Position numbers and translations under genes: made by a program
NCBI GenBank assembly: GCA_030668875.1
Contig: DAOVER010000083.1
Coordinates: forward strand, 1 to 8,424
Direction: 5' to 3'
From: Candidatus Heimdallarchaeota archaeon
GTDB lineage: Archaea; Asgardarchaeota; Heimdallarchaeia; Heimdallarchaeales; Heimdallarchaeaceae
Length of the DNA: 8,424 nt
The notes under the pieces: model-generated
What the model was told of the DNA's origin: nothing
The model's input: only the letters and a program-made list of their open reading frames with translations
Database searches by the model: none
Part shown: one piece after another, positions 1 through 7,332 of the stretch
Layout: each line of letters begins with the position of its first letter
Numbering within the stretch: the stretch's first letter is position 1

Positions 1-1778
1 GTAGGATTTTGTACTGTAAGATACATTCGTGATACATCATATTCTCCTACATTATAGAGATTCAAACTATAAAATTGAGCAGGATAATATCCTCCAAAAT
101 CAGTATTTTCAACAACTCTATAGAAGAAGCCAACTTGAGAACTAATTGTGTTATGTGAACGAATAAATGTAAGTTGATCATTAACGTATATTCTATATGA
201 ATCAAGAAATGCATTTTTTATGATTCTGATAGAAACATCACTTTGAATATTATTTATTAAAGGAATGGAATCAACAATAGCATAATTGTGAATAAGCAAA
301 GCTAAATCATCACTGTTTTTCATTTTTTGAACTGCTATTGCCCAAAACTCGTCTCTATTCAGATATTTATATACAACACCAGCAGCTAAACCATATTCAT
401 AAACAGAGAAATAAGTTTCAAGAGTACCAGTAGAGAACTTAAATTGATTTGTGTCAACAGCTACAACACCCTTAGATTCTTCTTTGATATCGAAAGTAAG
501 AGATTCTCCTGTATCGTCAGATTTCCATGAACCTAAAGCATCAGATGGTTCATCTAGATAATCTGATAAGACATAATTTGAACAACTAACATAACTGGAG
601 TTAGTTCCAAGAAATGTTCGATAAGTTGCTATGGTTCCTTCTCTATCTCTTGCTAGAACGAGTTTATTGTCATCGGATACAACAGCAGGAGTAACTTGAG
701 TATAAACATCCTTTGTAGCATAATCCATCGCATCTATCTCTCTTCCGTTAAGTTTGGGATTAGCTTTTGCAGTGATACCTAAATAGGATAAAATCAAAAT
801 TGGAGAAGGTGTCTCATACCATGAAAAAGCAGTCATATAAATAACAAAAGACACATCTTTACCTTTAAGAGAATCAAGAGGGATATAGATAGAACTAACT
901 CTTCCATCCAAATATTCAGTTATATCGACTAATTTCTTGTATTCAACAGAACGACCATGATGGTATTTAGCTTTTAAAACAAATCTCGCTGTAGCATTGA
1001 AAGCATTTTCATCTTCAAATTCAAGTTTAGTCCTGCCAATCTGACCTATTAAAGAGAGATCATCCAAATAAGGTATGAAGTAATCTCTAGTTTCAATATA
1101 ATACTGACTCGTTCCTTCATCTGGATTAAAAGTAACTTGGCGACTATAAGATCTGAACCTTCCTTCTTGATTATCTTCTAGTTTAGTGTATTCGATGACT
1201 TCGGAGGTTAAAACGGATTTAACATTTTCGTCTAACAAAAGATTAGTGATAAAAAGATTGGGAGTATAAATCTTAATATCATCAAACTTGACAAAACCTA
1301 TGACTTCTATTTTTAGATGACTGGAAGTAAGATCAACATAAGGGAGAAGGTTAATTATGTCTGAATCAATGGTCGTAGGATGACTACTATAGAGTATCTC
1401 AGAAGTATTAGCATCACGAATGAGTATTCTAGAGCTTGATGAAGACGAGAAGGGTTCTATGTTAATCTTGAGAAAGAGATCTGTATATCCACTCCAACCC
1501 ATGATATTACAGTCTGCCCAAACACTTTTTCCTTCATCTATGTACATCTGACCATATTTAATTTCATAAGTTCCAGACCATATTTTTGTAGAATTTACGG
1601 TAGTATTCATGAAATCATCATAGAAGAAAGTATATTGATCATTAATATCTCCTTGAACAAAAACGTGAGAAATATCCATCATTAATATACTGGATATGAA
1701 CAGAAATGTCATTAAGATGACATAAGGTTTCTTTTTGCGAGAAATCAAATTTTGGTTTTTGAGTAGGTTGTTATTCAT
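1..1778 (-). CDS. Large exported/surface protein with ConA-like (jelly-roll) beta-sandwich domains; 3'-truncated by the window edge (592 complete codons visible)
   Basis: Manual translation from ATG at 1778-1776 gives no stop to position 1: MNNNLLKNQNLISRKKKPYVILMTFLFISSILMMDISHVFVQGDINDQYTFFYDDF...YLTVQNP. It has a basic n-region (RKKK) plus a hydrophobic h-region, a GGAGGT SD 7 nt upstream, and an 8-nt overlap (ATGAATAA) with the upstream gene. Five N-x-S/T sequons by hand count. It is absent from the ORF track, presumably because it has no stop codon in the window. Confidence 0.92.
   Translation of the reverse strand, partial: MNNNLLKNQNLISRKKKPYVILMTFLFISSILMMDISHVFVQGDINDQYTFFYDDFMNTTVNSTKIWSGTYEIKYGQMYIDEGKSVWADCNIMGWSGYTDLFLKINIEPFSSSSSSRILIRDANTSEILYSSHPTTIDSDIINLLPYVDLTSSHLKIEVIGFVKFDDIKIYTPNLFITNLLLDENVKSVLTSEVIEYTKLEDNQEGRFRSYSRQVTFNPDEGTSQYYIETRDYFIPYLDDLSLIGQIGRTKLEFEDENAFNATARFVLKAKYHHGRSVEYKKLVDITEYLDGRVSSIYIPLDSLKGKDVSFVIYMTAFSWYETPSPILILSYLGITAKANPKLNGREIDAMDYATKDVYTQVTPAVVSDDNKLVLARDREGTIATYRTFLGTNSSYVSCSNYVLSDYLDEPSDALGSWKSDDTGESLTFDIKEESKGVVAVDTNQFKFSTGTLETYFSVYEYGLAAGVVYKYLNRDEFWAIAVQKMKNSDDLALLIHNYAIVDSIPLINNIQSDVSIRIIKNAFLDSYRIYVNDQLTFIRSHNTISSQVGFFYRVVENTDFGGYYPAQFYSLNLYNVGEYDVSRMYLTVQNP
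50..530 (-). other. ConA-like lectin/glucanase-fold domain (DUF1080/LamG-like) within the partial CDS
   Basis: Ordered motifs W...FSTGTLETYF...AAGVVYKY...EFWAIAV...VSIRIIK...SYRIYVNDQL...QVGFFY...AQFYSLNLY match the strand pattern of ConA-like domains (f..f.le.ef / aGivfry / fY..l / l.i / i.vyvnG.l / G.vgl / v.f.ni.v). Judged by eye. Confidence 0.6.
1260..1630 (-). other. Probable N-terminal jelly-roll/carbohydrate-binding-type domain of the partial CDS
   Basis: Begins FFYDDF...W and ends VKFDDIKIY, the typical first and last strands of jelly-roll modules in secreted proteins. The interior is not recognisable. Confidence 0.4.
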
Positions 1779-4700
1779 TTTTTTTACCTCCAATTTTAAG
1801 GTTTTTAGAAATGAGAAGAGAAAGTACTCCTATCATAGCTCCCCCACAAATTAAGTAAATAGATAAGTAAGTCCAGTTAGAGTTATTGTTCATCATTGAA
1901 GATTCATCAAAATTGAAAACGATAAATTCAAACAAACAGGAATAAGAACTATGACCATTATTATCAATAACTTCGAAATAAATACGAATAGTTTCTTGTA
2001 ATCTATGAACACAAGAATATTTATTGCTCTCTTTTTCAAAAAGAGAATGTATAGAGTATTTTGTTCCATTTGAAGTATAGCACTTAACTTCTTGTATTCC
2101 GCTAGAATCGAATACAAATATGTCAAAGAAAAGTTCATCGTTGAAATTAGGGACAAATGGTTCATATGTACAATATACTAAAGGTGCAGTTAAATCAACT
2201 AACTCTATACTGTATATTTCTGAAATCAGAACATTCTCGTCTCTCAAATTCACTTCTAAGTAGAAGCTTACTTGTAAGGAAGTGTTAGATGCTATATACC
2301 CAAAGAAGAATGATGAAGAATCTTTCGCATAAATTCTGTGCCAAGTAGGTTCCCCTAAAGACTGATAGCAAATAGTAATAGAAGAAATAAGATTTGATGG
2401 AATATTTGAAAGATACGCTTTGTCGATTATTAGGAAACCTTCATCATATGTTGTAAGGATATCTAATGTATCTATTTGACCTTCCATTGATGGTTGAAAC
2501 CATCCTCCACCTCCACTACTCTGTTGTACTGTATAAGAATAGGTAGAAGATTGTTTATAATTATACGAATTATCTTTAGCTAAGATGTAATAGTAGTCTG
2601 TAATTCCTGCTAAACCAAAAGCATTGAATGAACCATAATATTTTCCACTACTATAAGACATATACGAATAAGACCATGAACCAGAAGGAGTATGTCGATG
2701 GTATAACCTAACATAATTCAAACCACTTCCACTATCAGTAACTGTTGCACTAACAGTCACCAAATCATTTGTATAAACAGAGCTAGGTGATCTTGAAATG
2801 CTACTAATTGAGGGTGGAGTGGTATCAGAAATCGTAAACGGCCCATATAAACCAGTAACTTTACTATTTCCAGCACAATCATAACTATAAATTTTGTACT
2901 TTAACTGATCACCAATATTCCAATTACCAACATATATTGAGTATGACCATTCACCATTAGAAAGAGTCATGTATCTATTATTTTGGTAATAACCATTACG
3001 ATAGTATTTTACCGTAACATGATTTATTCCTGCTCCACTATCTGTTACGGTTGCATAGACAGTAACATAATTAGTTAAATCACTAATAGGGCTGGGTGAG
3101 TGATAGACATTACTAATAACGGGAATAACAGTATCCTCAATGTAAAATGTTAGTTGAGATGTTGTTGCTTCGTTTCCTCTAAAATCAGTAGCATGTACAA
3201 TATATTGTATTTTAGTGTTATAAGAGAAAGAACCAATGAAATCTGTCCTATATATACTATCAACATAATTGAATAAATTTAGATTAGTTTGTTTGACATC
3301 ATTTTTCCACCACTCAATCCAAATTTGATCTATTCCTGAACAATCATCTACACTATCCACATAAAATCGAAAAACCTCATTATATTCAGGATTTGATGGA
3401 TTTACATAGTGATTATTAATAGTCGGAATAACAGAATCAATTGCAGTAAAACTGTGAGAAATGTCAATTGTTGATTGACTATCAGTGTCCTTATGGCACC
3501 AATAACCAAGATTGTAAATCAACCCATCTCCATCAATAAATTGAAATTCAATGGAAATCACACCATCATAGCTGTATGGTATTTGCCAGTTGCTGAATTC
3601 CCAAGTTCCATCAAAATAGTCACCTGAAATGAGTGTCATATCATACCAGGTAGTGGTTGTACTCTCATAGGAGAATCTTAACTGAGCAACATCTATTGTT
3701 TTGTAGTCAGCAGCATCTAATTCAAAAGTTGGATAAGTTCCTGTTAGAGCGGAGCTCGGGATAACAAAATTAGACAATAAGGGGGAAGTATAATCATAGA
3801 TCTCAAAACAGGTAGAATCATCATTCCAAAGATAGAATTCTGAAATGTGACTAGCATTATCTTCTGCCCAAATCTTGAGAAATAACATCTCGTGAGTTAA
3901 GGAAGGATTGACAGAAGAAATGTATAAATCAGTTAGAATTGAAGAGGTTAAGATTACTTCAAAACTATTTCCTCCAATGTGTATCATTGTAAGATAATTA
4001 GAATATGATGTATCAGACCCATAATAAAGACGCACTTCAACTAGTGTTTCATCTGTAACAGTAGCAGTGATCGTAAAATCATGTTGAAAATCAATGAGCC
4101 AAGCATCTGAATAGACATTATTTGGGTCTTTATCTAAAGAGTGTATGCTTTTCCAAGCATCCCCTTGATATGATAAATTGGGATTAATATCTGGAACAGA
4201 AATATCTCCAACAGTGAAATAATATGTTTGTGAACTACCTGAAGATCCTAGTAAATCTTCAGATTCAAAGTAGTAAGAGATATAATCGTGTGCAATCCAA
4301 GCATAGTCAACATAGAAATGAAAATAACCATTTGTTACACTAGTCAGAGTAAACTTGTAATGTTGATTTTCTTTTAAAGAGTAAAATGTAAAATTCACAT
4401 TAGTTAGTACAATTCCACTTGGATCTTCTAGCCAGAGTTCAACATGAATATTGGAAGTTGTATCAATTATAGGTTCCACATCGTTCAGCTGCCAATCAAT
4501 ATTTTCAGGAGGATGAATATCTATTGTTGAGTAATTGAAGAGGAAAGATTGAGAAGGATTACCGTACCAATCGAGTGCAGAAAAACAATATTCCCTAGTG
4601 ACATTAAGGTCAAGTGTTGGAATATCGGTAATAGACCACCAATAATCACCAACATAACATAGAGATAATGAGAAATTAGTCATCCAACCGTTATCACTAT

Positions 4701-6450
4701 AGATTAAAGATACCGATTGAACTCCAGAGCCACCCAAATCATCTATTTTAACTTCAAGATTGGGATTATCCAGATAGCCAATTATAGGAGGAGAATTAAA
4801 ATCTTGAAAAGAGGGACCAGTGTGGTCTCCAATGAAGAAAGAGTGTTCAGGTGAATTCGTTGTGTAACCATGAATATCTTGTGCCTCAAATCTATAAGTT
4901 ACCCAAGTTAAAGGTGATAAGTCAAAAGGAGTAGTATTCAAAGTATAATAATAAAGATGGTCTCCACCTTTAATCATAAGAAATTCATCATAATATTGTG
5001 AACCATTAGAGATCCAAAGATGTAATTTAACATAATTGAGCTGACTAGTGTCATTAACATAAACATAAAGTGTCTGTTCATAAGTATGGCAAATTTGTTC
5101 TTCTCTAAGGTCTTTAATGCCATATAAAACAGGGGGACTTCCATCATTAATGAAAAATCCAGAATAACTAATACAAGATTCCCCATTAATATCAATTGCA
5201 GTAATTGTAAGTACAACACTCTCATTTTCGACAAGAAATTCTGTGGGAACAGTACATGTCCAGATGTTAGTTGTCTCAATATTAGTCAAGGTAAAACTAG
5301 AATCAGAAGTAATACCAGGTATTGAAACAATACAATCTACATATAACACACTTTGATCTGTAACTGTAACATTGATTGAAACAGAATCCCCTTTTCTAAT
5401 CAAGGAAGGGTTGATAACAATACCTGAAATAATGGGTGAATTGTACTCAACTACAGTTTTGAAATAATGGGTGGGTTGTTCAGGATATATATTATAACCG
5501 CTTCCTATGGAATAATTAAATTCTTCCCAATATTCTATAATATCTCCTCCATCTAGAAGAAAACCTTGAAGTGGCTCAGACGTCCAGATTATATCATCGG
5601 TTTGAAATAAAGAGAGAGAATAGATATTACCGCTATTTATTTGATAGTATATCTTACTGGAGTAAATTTCACAGCGATAAAATAAGCTACACTGAAAAGT
5701 TAAATCTAGATTTTCTGTAGCATTGGATGGATCAGTCCAGATTTCCCAGAGATAAGGTGATTCTCCTACTGTAACGTAATAATCTTTTCTTGAAACACCA
5801 GTATGTCCGAGAATGTTAGTAGCTTCAACCCAGTAAGTAACAAGAGTGTGAAAATTATTAGTGCGAGGAATAATCGCTGAATAGGAATTTGTAGTCTGAT
5901 TATAATCTAAAGGAACGAGTGTAGGAGAACTTTGGTTGAATTGATAACACAAATACGAATAATCAATGTCAAGGAGATCAAAAATACGCAGAGAAATTGT
6001 AACATCCTCATCAAATTTTGGTAAAGTAGGATCTCTTTTTATCTCACTAAAAGAAGGAATAAGATGTTCTTTGACTGTATAAGAATAGTTACTTGAGGTC
6101 TGAACATAACCTGTAAGAGATACTGCACGAATGCAGAACACTACAACAGTATCAGTAGGATAAGGGTCAATTTTGTTATAGAATGTGTCAGCATAATAAT
6201 TTTTCATAAATAAAGTATTCCAAGAAGTTTCAGATTCTGATTTAAATACGAGAGATACTTCCTTTAAGCCTTCAGAAAAACTAATGTTTGCATAAACAGT
6301 GACATAATCCTCAGAAGAAGGGGAGGAAGGAGTAAAGACTATATTCGAAATAACAGGAAATAAAGATTGGGCATTCAATAAAACTGAATTATTCAATTGA
6401 AAAGTAAGAAAGACCAATAACAGCACAGTGATTGATTTTTTATATTTCAT
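1771..6450 (-). CDS. 1559-aa membrane-anchored cell-surface (glyco)protein with about 14 tandem Ig-like repeats; adhesin/S-layer-associated type
   Basis: Sec-type signal MKYKKSITVLLLVFLTFQLNNSVLLNA. Repeats of about 100 aa follow the pattern P.I..i...P..p....vti.a.v.D.sG...V.l.y......m.....y...i.......v.y.i.a.D..G. C-terminal TM TYLSIYLICGGAMIGVLSLLIS followed by a basic tail KNLKIGGKKNE. About 22 N-x-S/T sequons by hand count. GGTGA SD upstream. Confidence 0.96.
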   Translation of the reverse strand: MKYKKSITVLLLVFLTFQLNNSVLLNAQSLFPVISNIVFTPSSPSSEDYVTVYANISFSEGLKEVSLVFKSESETSWNTLFMKNYYADTFYNKIDPYPTDTVVVFCIRAVSLTGYVQTSSNYSYTVKEHLIPSFSEIKRDPTLPKFDEDVTISLRIFDLLDIDYSYLCYQFNQSSPTLVPLDYNQTTNSYSAIIPRTNNFHTLVTYWVEATNILGHTGVSRKDYYVTVGESPYLWEIWTDPSNATENLDLTFQCSLFYRCEIYSSKIYYQINSGNIYSLSLFQTDDIIWTSEPLQGFLLDGGDIIEYWEEFNYSIGSGYNIYPEQPTHYFKTVVEYNSPIISGIVINPSLIRKGDSVSINVTVTDQSVLYVDCIVSIPGITSDSSFTLTNIETTNIWTCTVPTEFLVENESVVLTITAIDINGESCISYSGFFINDGSPPVLYGIKDLREEQICHTYEQTLYVYVNDTSQLNYVKLHLWISNGSQYYDEFLMIKGGDHLYYYTLNTTPFDLSPLTWVTYRFEAQDIHGYTTNSPEHSFFIGDHTGPSFQDFNSPPIIGYLDNPNLEVKIDDLGGSGVQSVSLIYSDNGWMTNFSLSLCYVGDYWWSITDIPTLDLNVTREYCFSALDWYGNPSQSFLFNYSTIDIHPPENIDWQLNDVEPIIDTTSNIHVELWLEDPSGIVLTNVNFTFYSLKENQHYKFTLTSVTNGYFHFYVDYAWIAHDYISYYFESEDLLGSSGSSQTYYFTVGDISVPDINPNLSYQGDAWKSIHSLDKDPNNVYSDAWLIDFQHDFTITATVTDETLVEVRLYYGSDTSYSNYLTMIHIGGNSFEVILTSSILTDLYISSVNPSLTHEMLFLKIWAEDNASHISEFYLWNDDSTCFEIYDYTSPLLSNFVIPSSALTGTYPTFELDAADYKTIDVAQLRFSYESTTTTWYDMTLISGDYFDGTWEFSNWQIPYSYDGVISIEFQFIDGDGLIYNLGYWCHKDTDSQSTIDISHSFTAIDSVIPTINNHYVNPSNPEYNEVFRFYVDSVDDCSGIDQIWIEWWKNDVKQTNLNLFNYVDSIYRTDFIGSFSYNTKIQYIVHATDFRGNEATTSQLTFYIEDTVIPVISNVYHSPSPISDLTNYVTVYATVTDSGAGINHVTVKYYRNGYYQNNRYMTLSNGEWSYSIYVGNWNIGDQLKYKIYSYDCAGNSKVTGLYGPFTISDTTPPSISSISRSPSSVYTNDLVTVSATVTDSGSGLNYVRLYHRHTPSGSWSYSYMSYSSGKYYGSFNAFGLAGITDYYYILAKDNSYNYKQSSTYSYTVQQSSGGGGWFQPSMEGQIDTLDILTTYDEGFLIIDKAYLSNIPSNLISSITICYQSLGEPTWHRIYAKDSSSFFFGYIASNTSLQVSFYLEVNLRDENVLISEIYSIELVDLTAPLVYCTYEPFVPNFNDELFFDIFVFDSSGIQEVKCYTSNGTKYSIHSLFEKESNKYSCVHRLQETIRIYFEVIDNNGHSSYSCLFEFIVFNFDESSMMNNNSNWTYLSIYLICGGAMIGVLSLLISKNLKIGGKKNE
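1786..1791 (-). promoter_or_regulatory. Shine-Dalgarno GGAGGT for the gene starting at 1778
   Basis: Minus strand reads GGAGGT-AAAAAAA-ATG, embedded in the last codons (G-G-K-K-N-E-stop) of the upstream gene. Confidence 0.85.
1807..1872 (-). other. C-terminal transmembrane anchor of the 1559-aa protein
   Basis: 22-residue hydrophobic stretch followed by a short Lys-rich tail (positive-inside rule). Confidence 0.85.
1880..6357 (-). repeat. About 14 diverged protein-level Ig-like repeats (not near-identical at DNA level)
   Basis: Repeat starts: PVISNI, PSFSEI, PYLWEI, PIISGI, PPVLYGI, GPSFQD, PPENID, VPDINP, SPLLSN, IPTINN, IPVISN, PPSISSI, a degenerate repeat 13, and APLVYC. The closest pair is repeats 11 and 12 (VTVYATVTDSGAGINHV vs VTVSATVTDSGSGLNYV, 13/17 identical). 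Confidence 0.85.
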
Positions 6451-7061
6451 TTTTTCACCATAAAAAATTGATTTTGGATATTAAATTTAACAAGATTAGA
6501 GGAATTCAAAGAGAGAAATGTAAACCCACTTTTTTTGCCTATTTTGTTCTTACACTCTCTCAATGAATACTCAGCATAAAGGGATAAAAGGAGAAATTTG
6601 ACGAATTTCTTTATACTTGTAAATTTAAGTAAAAATGATCGAAGAGGATACTCATCCCACTGGAATGATAATTTACCCTTCTTGTTCAAGTATCCTCCTC
6701 GAAAAGATTTCTCCTGGGAAAGATGTCGGGTATAGACTTTTTCCACAGGGAGCATGAGAGAGTTCTGTACGCACTGATCTATCTCACATAAGCCAATGTC
6801 TTCCAGGACACGGATGGACTGTTCTCTGGAGAATAACCTTTTCAACCAGAAATTATAGGTAGAAACGTAAGGAGAGAGTATGAGAGAAACCCAAAACCTA
6901 TTTGATGAATGGTTTAGTCTCTTCCATCGCCTCTCAGTTCTCTCCTCTTGCACTGTTTGACGTTTAGGGCGTGCAAGCATGATAGTTGCTTCATATCCCA
7001 AAGGTTTGGATTCAGATGGAAAAACTTCAGTGTGATGAGTTATTGAATTACTACCATTCAT
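6447..7061 (-). CDS. Hypothetical basic protein, 204 aa, putative first gene of the surface-protein operon
   Basis: 204 open codons in AT-rich DNA, an ATGA stop/start overlap with the 1559-aa gene, and a TATA-like box 27 nt upstream of its ATG. Against: no recognisable motif, atypical composition, and an AT-rich intergenic-looking 3' third. Confidence 0.55.
   Translation of the reverse strand: MNGSNSITHHTEVFPSESKPLGYEATIMLARPKRQTVQEERTERRWKRLNHSSNRFWVSLILSPYVSTYNFWLKRLFSREQSIRVLEDIGLCEIDQCVQNSLMLPVEKVYTRHLSQEKSFRGGYLNKKGKLSFQWDEYPLRSFLLKFTSIKKFVKFLLLSLYAEYSLRECKNKIGKKSGFTFLSLNSSNLVKFNIQNQFFMVKK
6455..6459 (-). promoter_or_regulatory. Archaeal-type Shine-Dalgarno GGTGA for the 1559-aa gene
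   Basis: Minus strand reads TGGTGA-AAAA-ATG; similar register to the SD at 1786-1791. Confidence 0.7.
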
Positions 7062-7088
7062 CTAAAGAACGAATCTGTTTTTTGTACA

Positions 7089-7096
7089 TATATAAA
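7089..7096 (-). promoter_or_regulatory. Candidate archaeal TATA box (TTTATATA) for the leftward operon
   Basis: Matches TTTAWATA; 27 nt from the ATG at 7061, with no SD, implying a leaderless or very short leader transcript. No clear purine-rich BRE, hence moderate confidence. Confidence 0.5.
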
Positions 7097-7128
7097 GGAA
7101 ATGTTTTGGGGTGAAAAACGGGAATTTT

Positions 7129-7150
7129 CTCTAACATCCTCTAACATTCT
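7129..7150. repeat. 10-bp tandem direct repeat (ctctaacatc/ctctaacatt/ct)
   Basis: About 2.2 copies with one mismatch, in the divergent intergenic region. Confidence 0.6.
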
Positions 7151-7295
7151 AGCTCATCAAAAAGAATCAAACTAATTGGAATAAACACGTAGAATAGTTG
7201 TTTATTGATAATTAGTTTAAAAAAATGAAGTTATTAATAAATTGAAATAGAGCGACACCTATGATTTTTCCCGTTTATTATAAATATAAATTAGA

Positions 7296-7303
7296 TTTAT
7301 AAA
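7296..7303 (+). promoter_or_regulatory. Candidate archaeal TATA box (TTTATAAA) for the ParA-like gene
   Basis: 29 nt upstream of the ATG at 7333, with an A-rich upstream flank and no SD before the ATG. The region is very AT-rich, so a chance match is possible. Confidence 0.5.
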
Positions 7304-7332
7304 TGAAAAATTAATAGAATGTTCATTATACA

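Noticed and set aside
1760-1900. AAY-rich MNNN motifs (1778 start and about 1890) as a DGR template/variable repeat pair or a duplication
   Set aside because: Only about 12 nt of loose similarity, no long adenine-specific mismatch repeat pair, and no reverse transcriptase in the window.
1893-2165. 90-aa minus-strand ORF from the track
   Set aside because: Alternate frame nested in the 1559-aa gene, with no SD and a Leu/Ile/Phe-rich composition typical of off-frame AT-rich DNA.
2444-2514. Internal SD-like GGAGGTGGAGG followed by an out-of-frame ATG
   Set aside because: Fully explained by the GGGG-W linker codons; the ATG opens only 19 codons.
4974-5279. 101-aa minus-strand ORF from the track
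   Set aside because: Off-frame shadow inside the Ig-repeat gene; Leu/Met-rich, with no initiation signal.
6370-6450. Class III (pilin/archaellin-type) signal peptide in the 1559-aa protein
   Set aside because: Lacks the K/R-G/A cleavage motif and the +5 Glu; a Sec/SPase I signal fits better.
1771-6450. About 20 cysteines as a conserved disulfide pattern
   Set aside because: They do not occupy equivalent positions across repeats, so no pattern can be claimed without a structural model.
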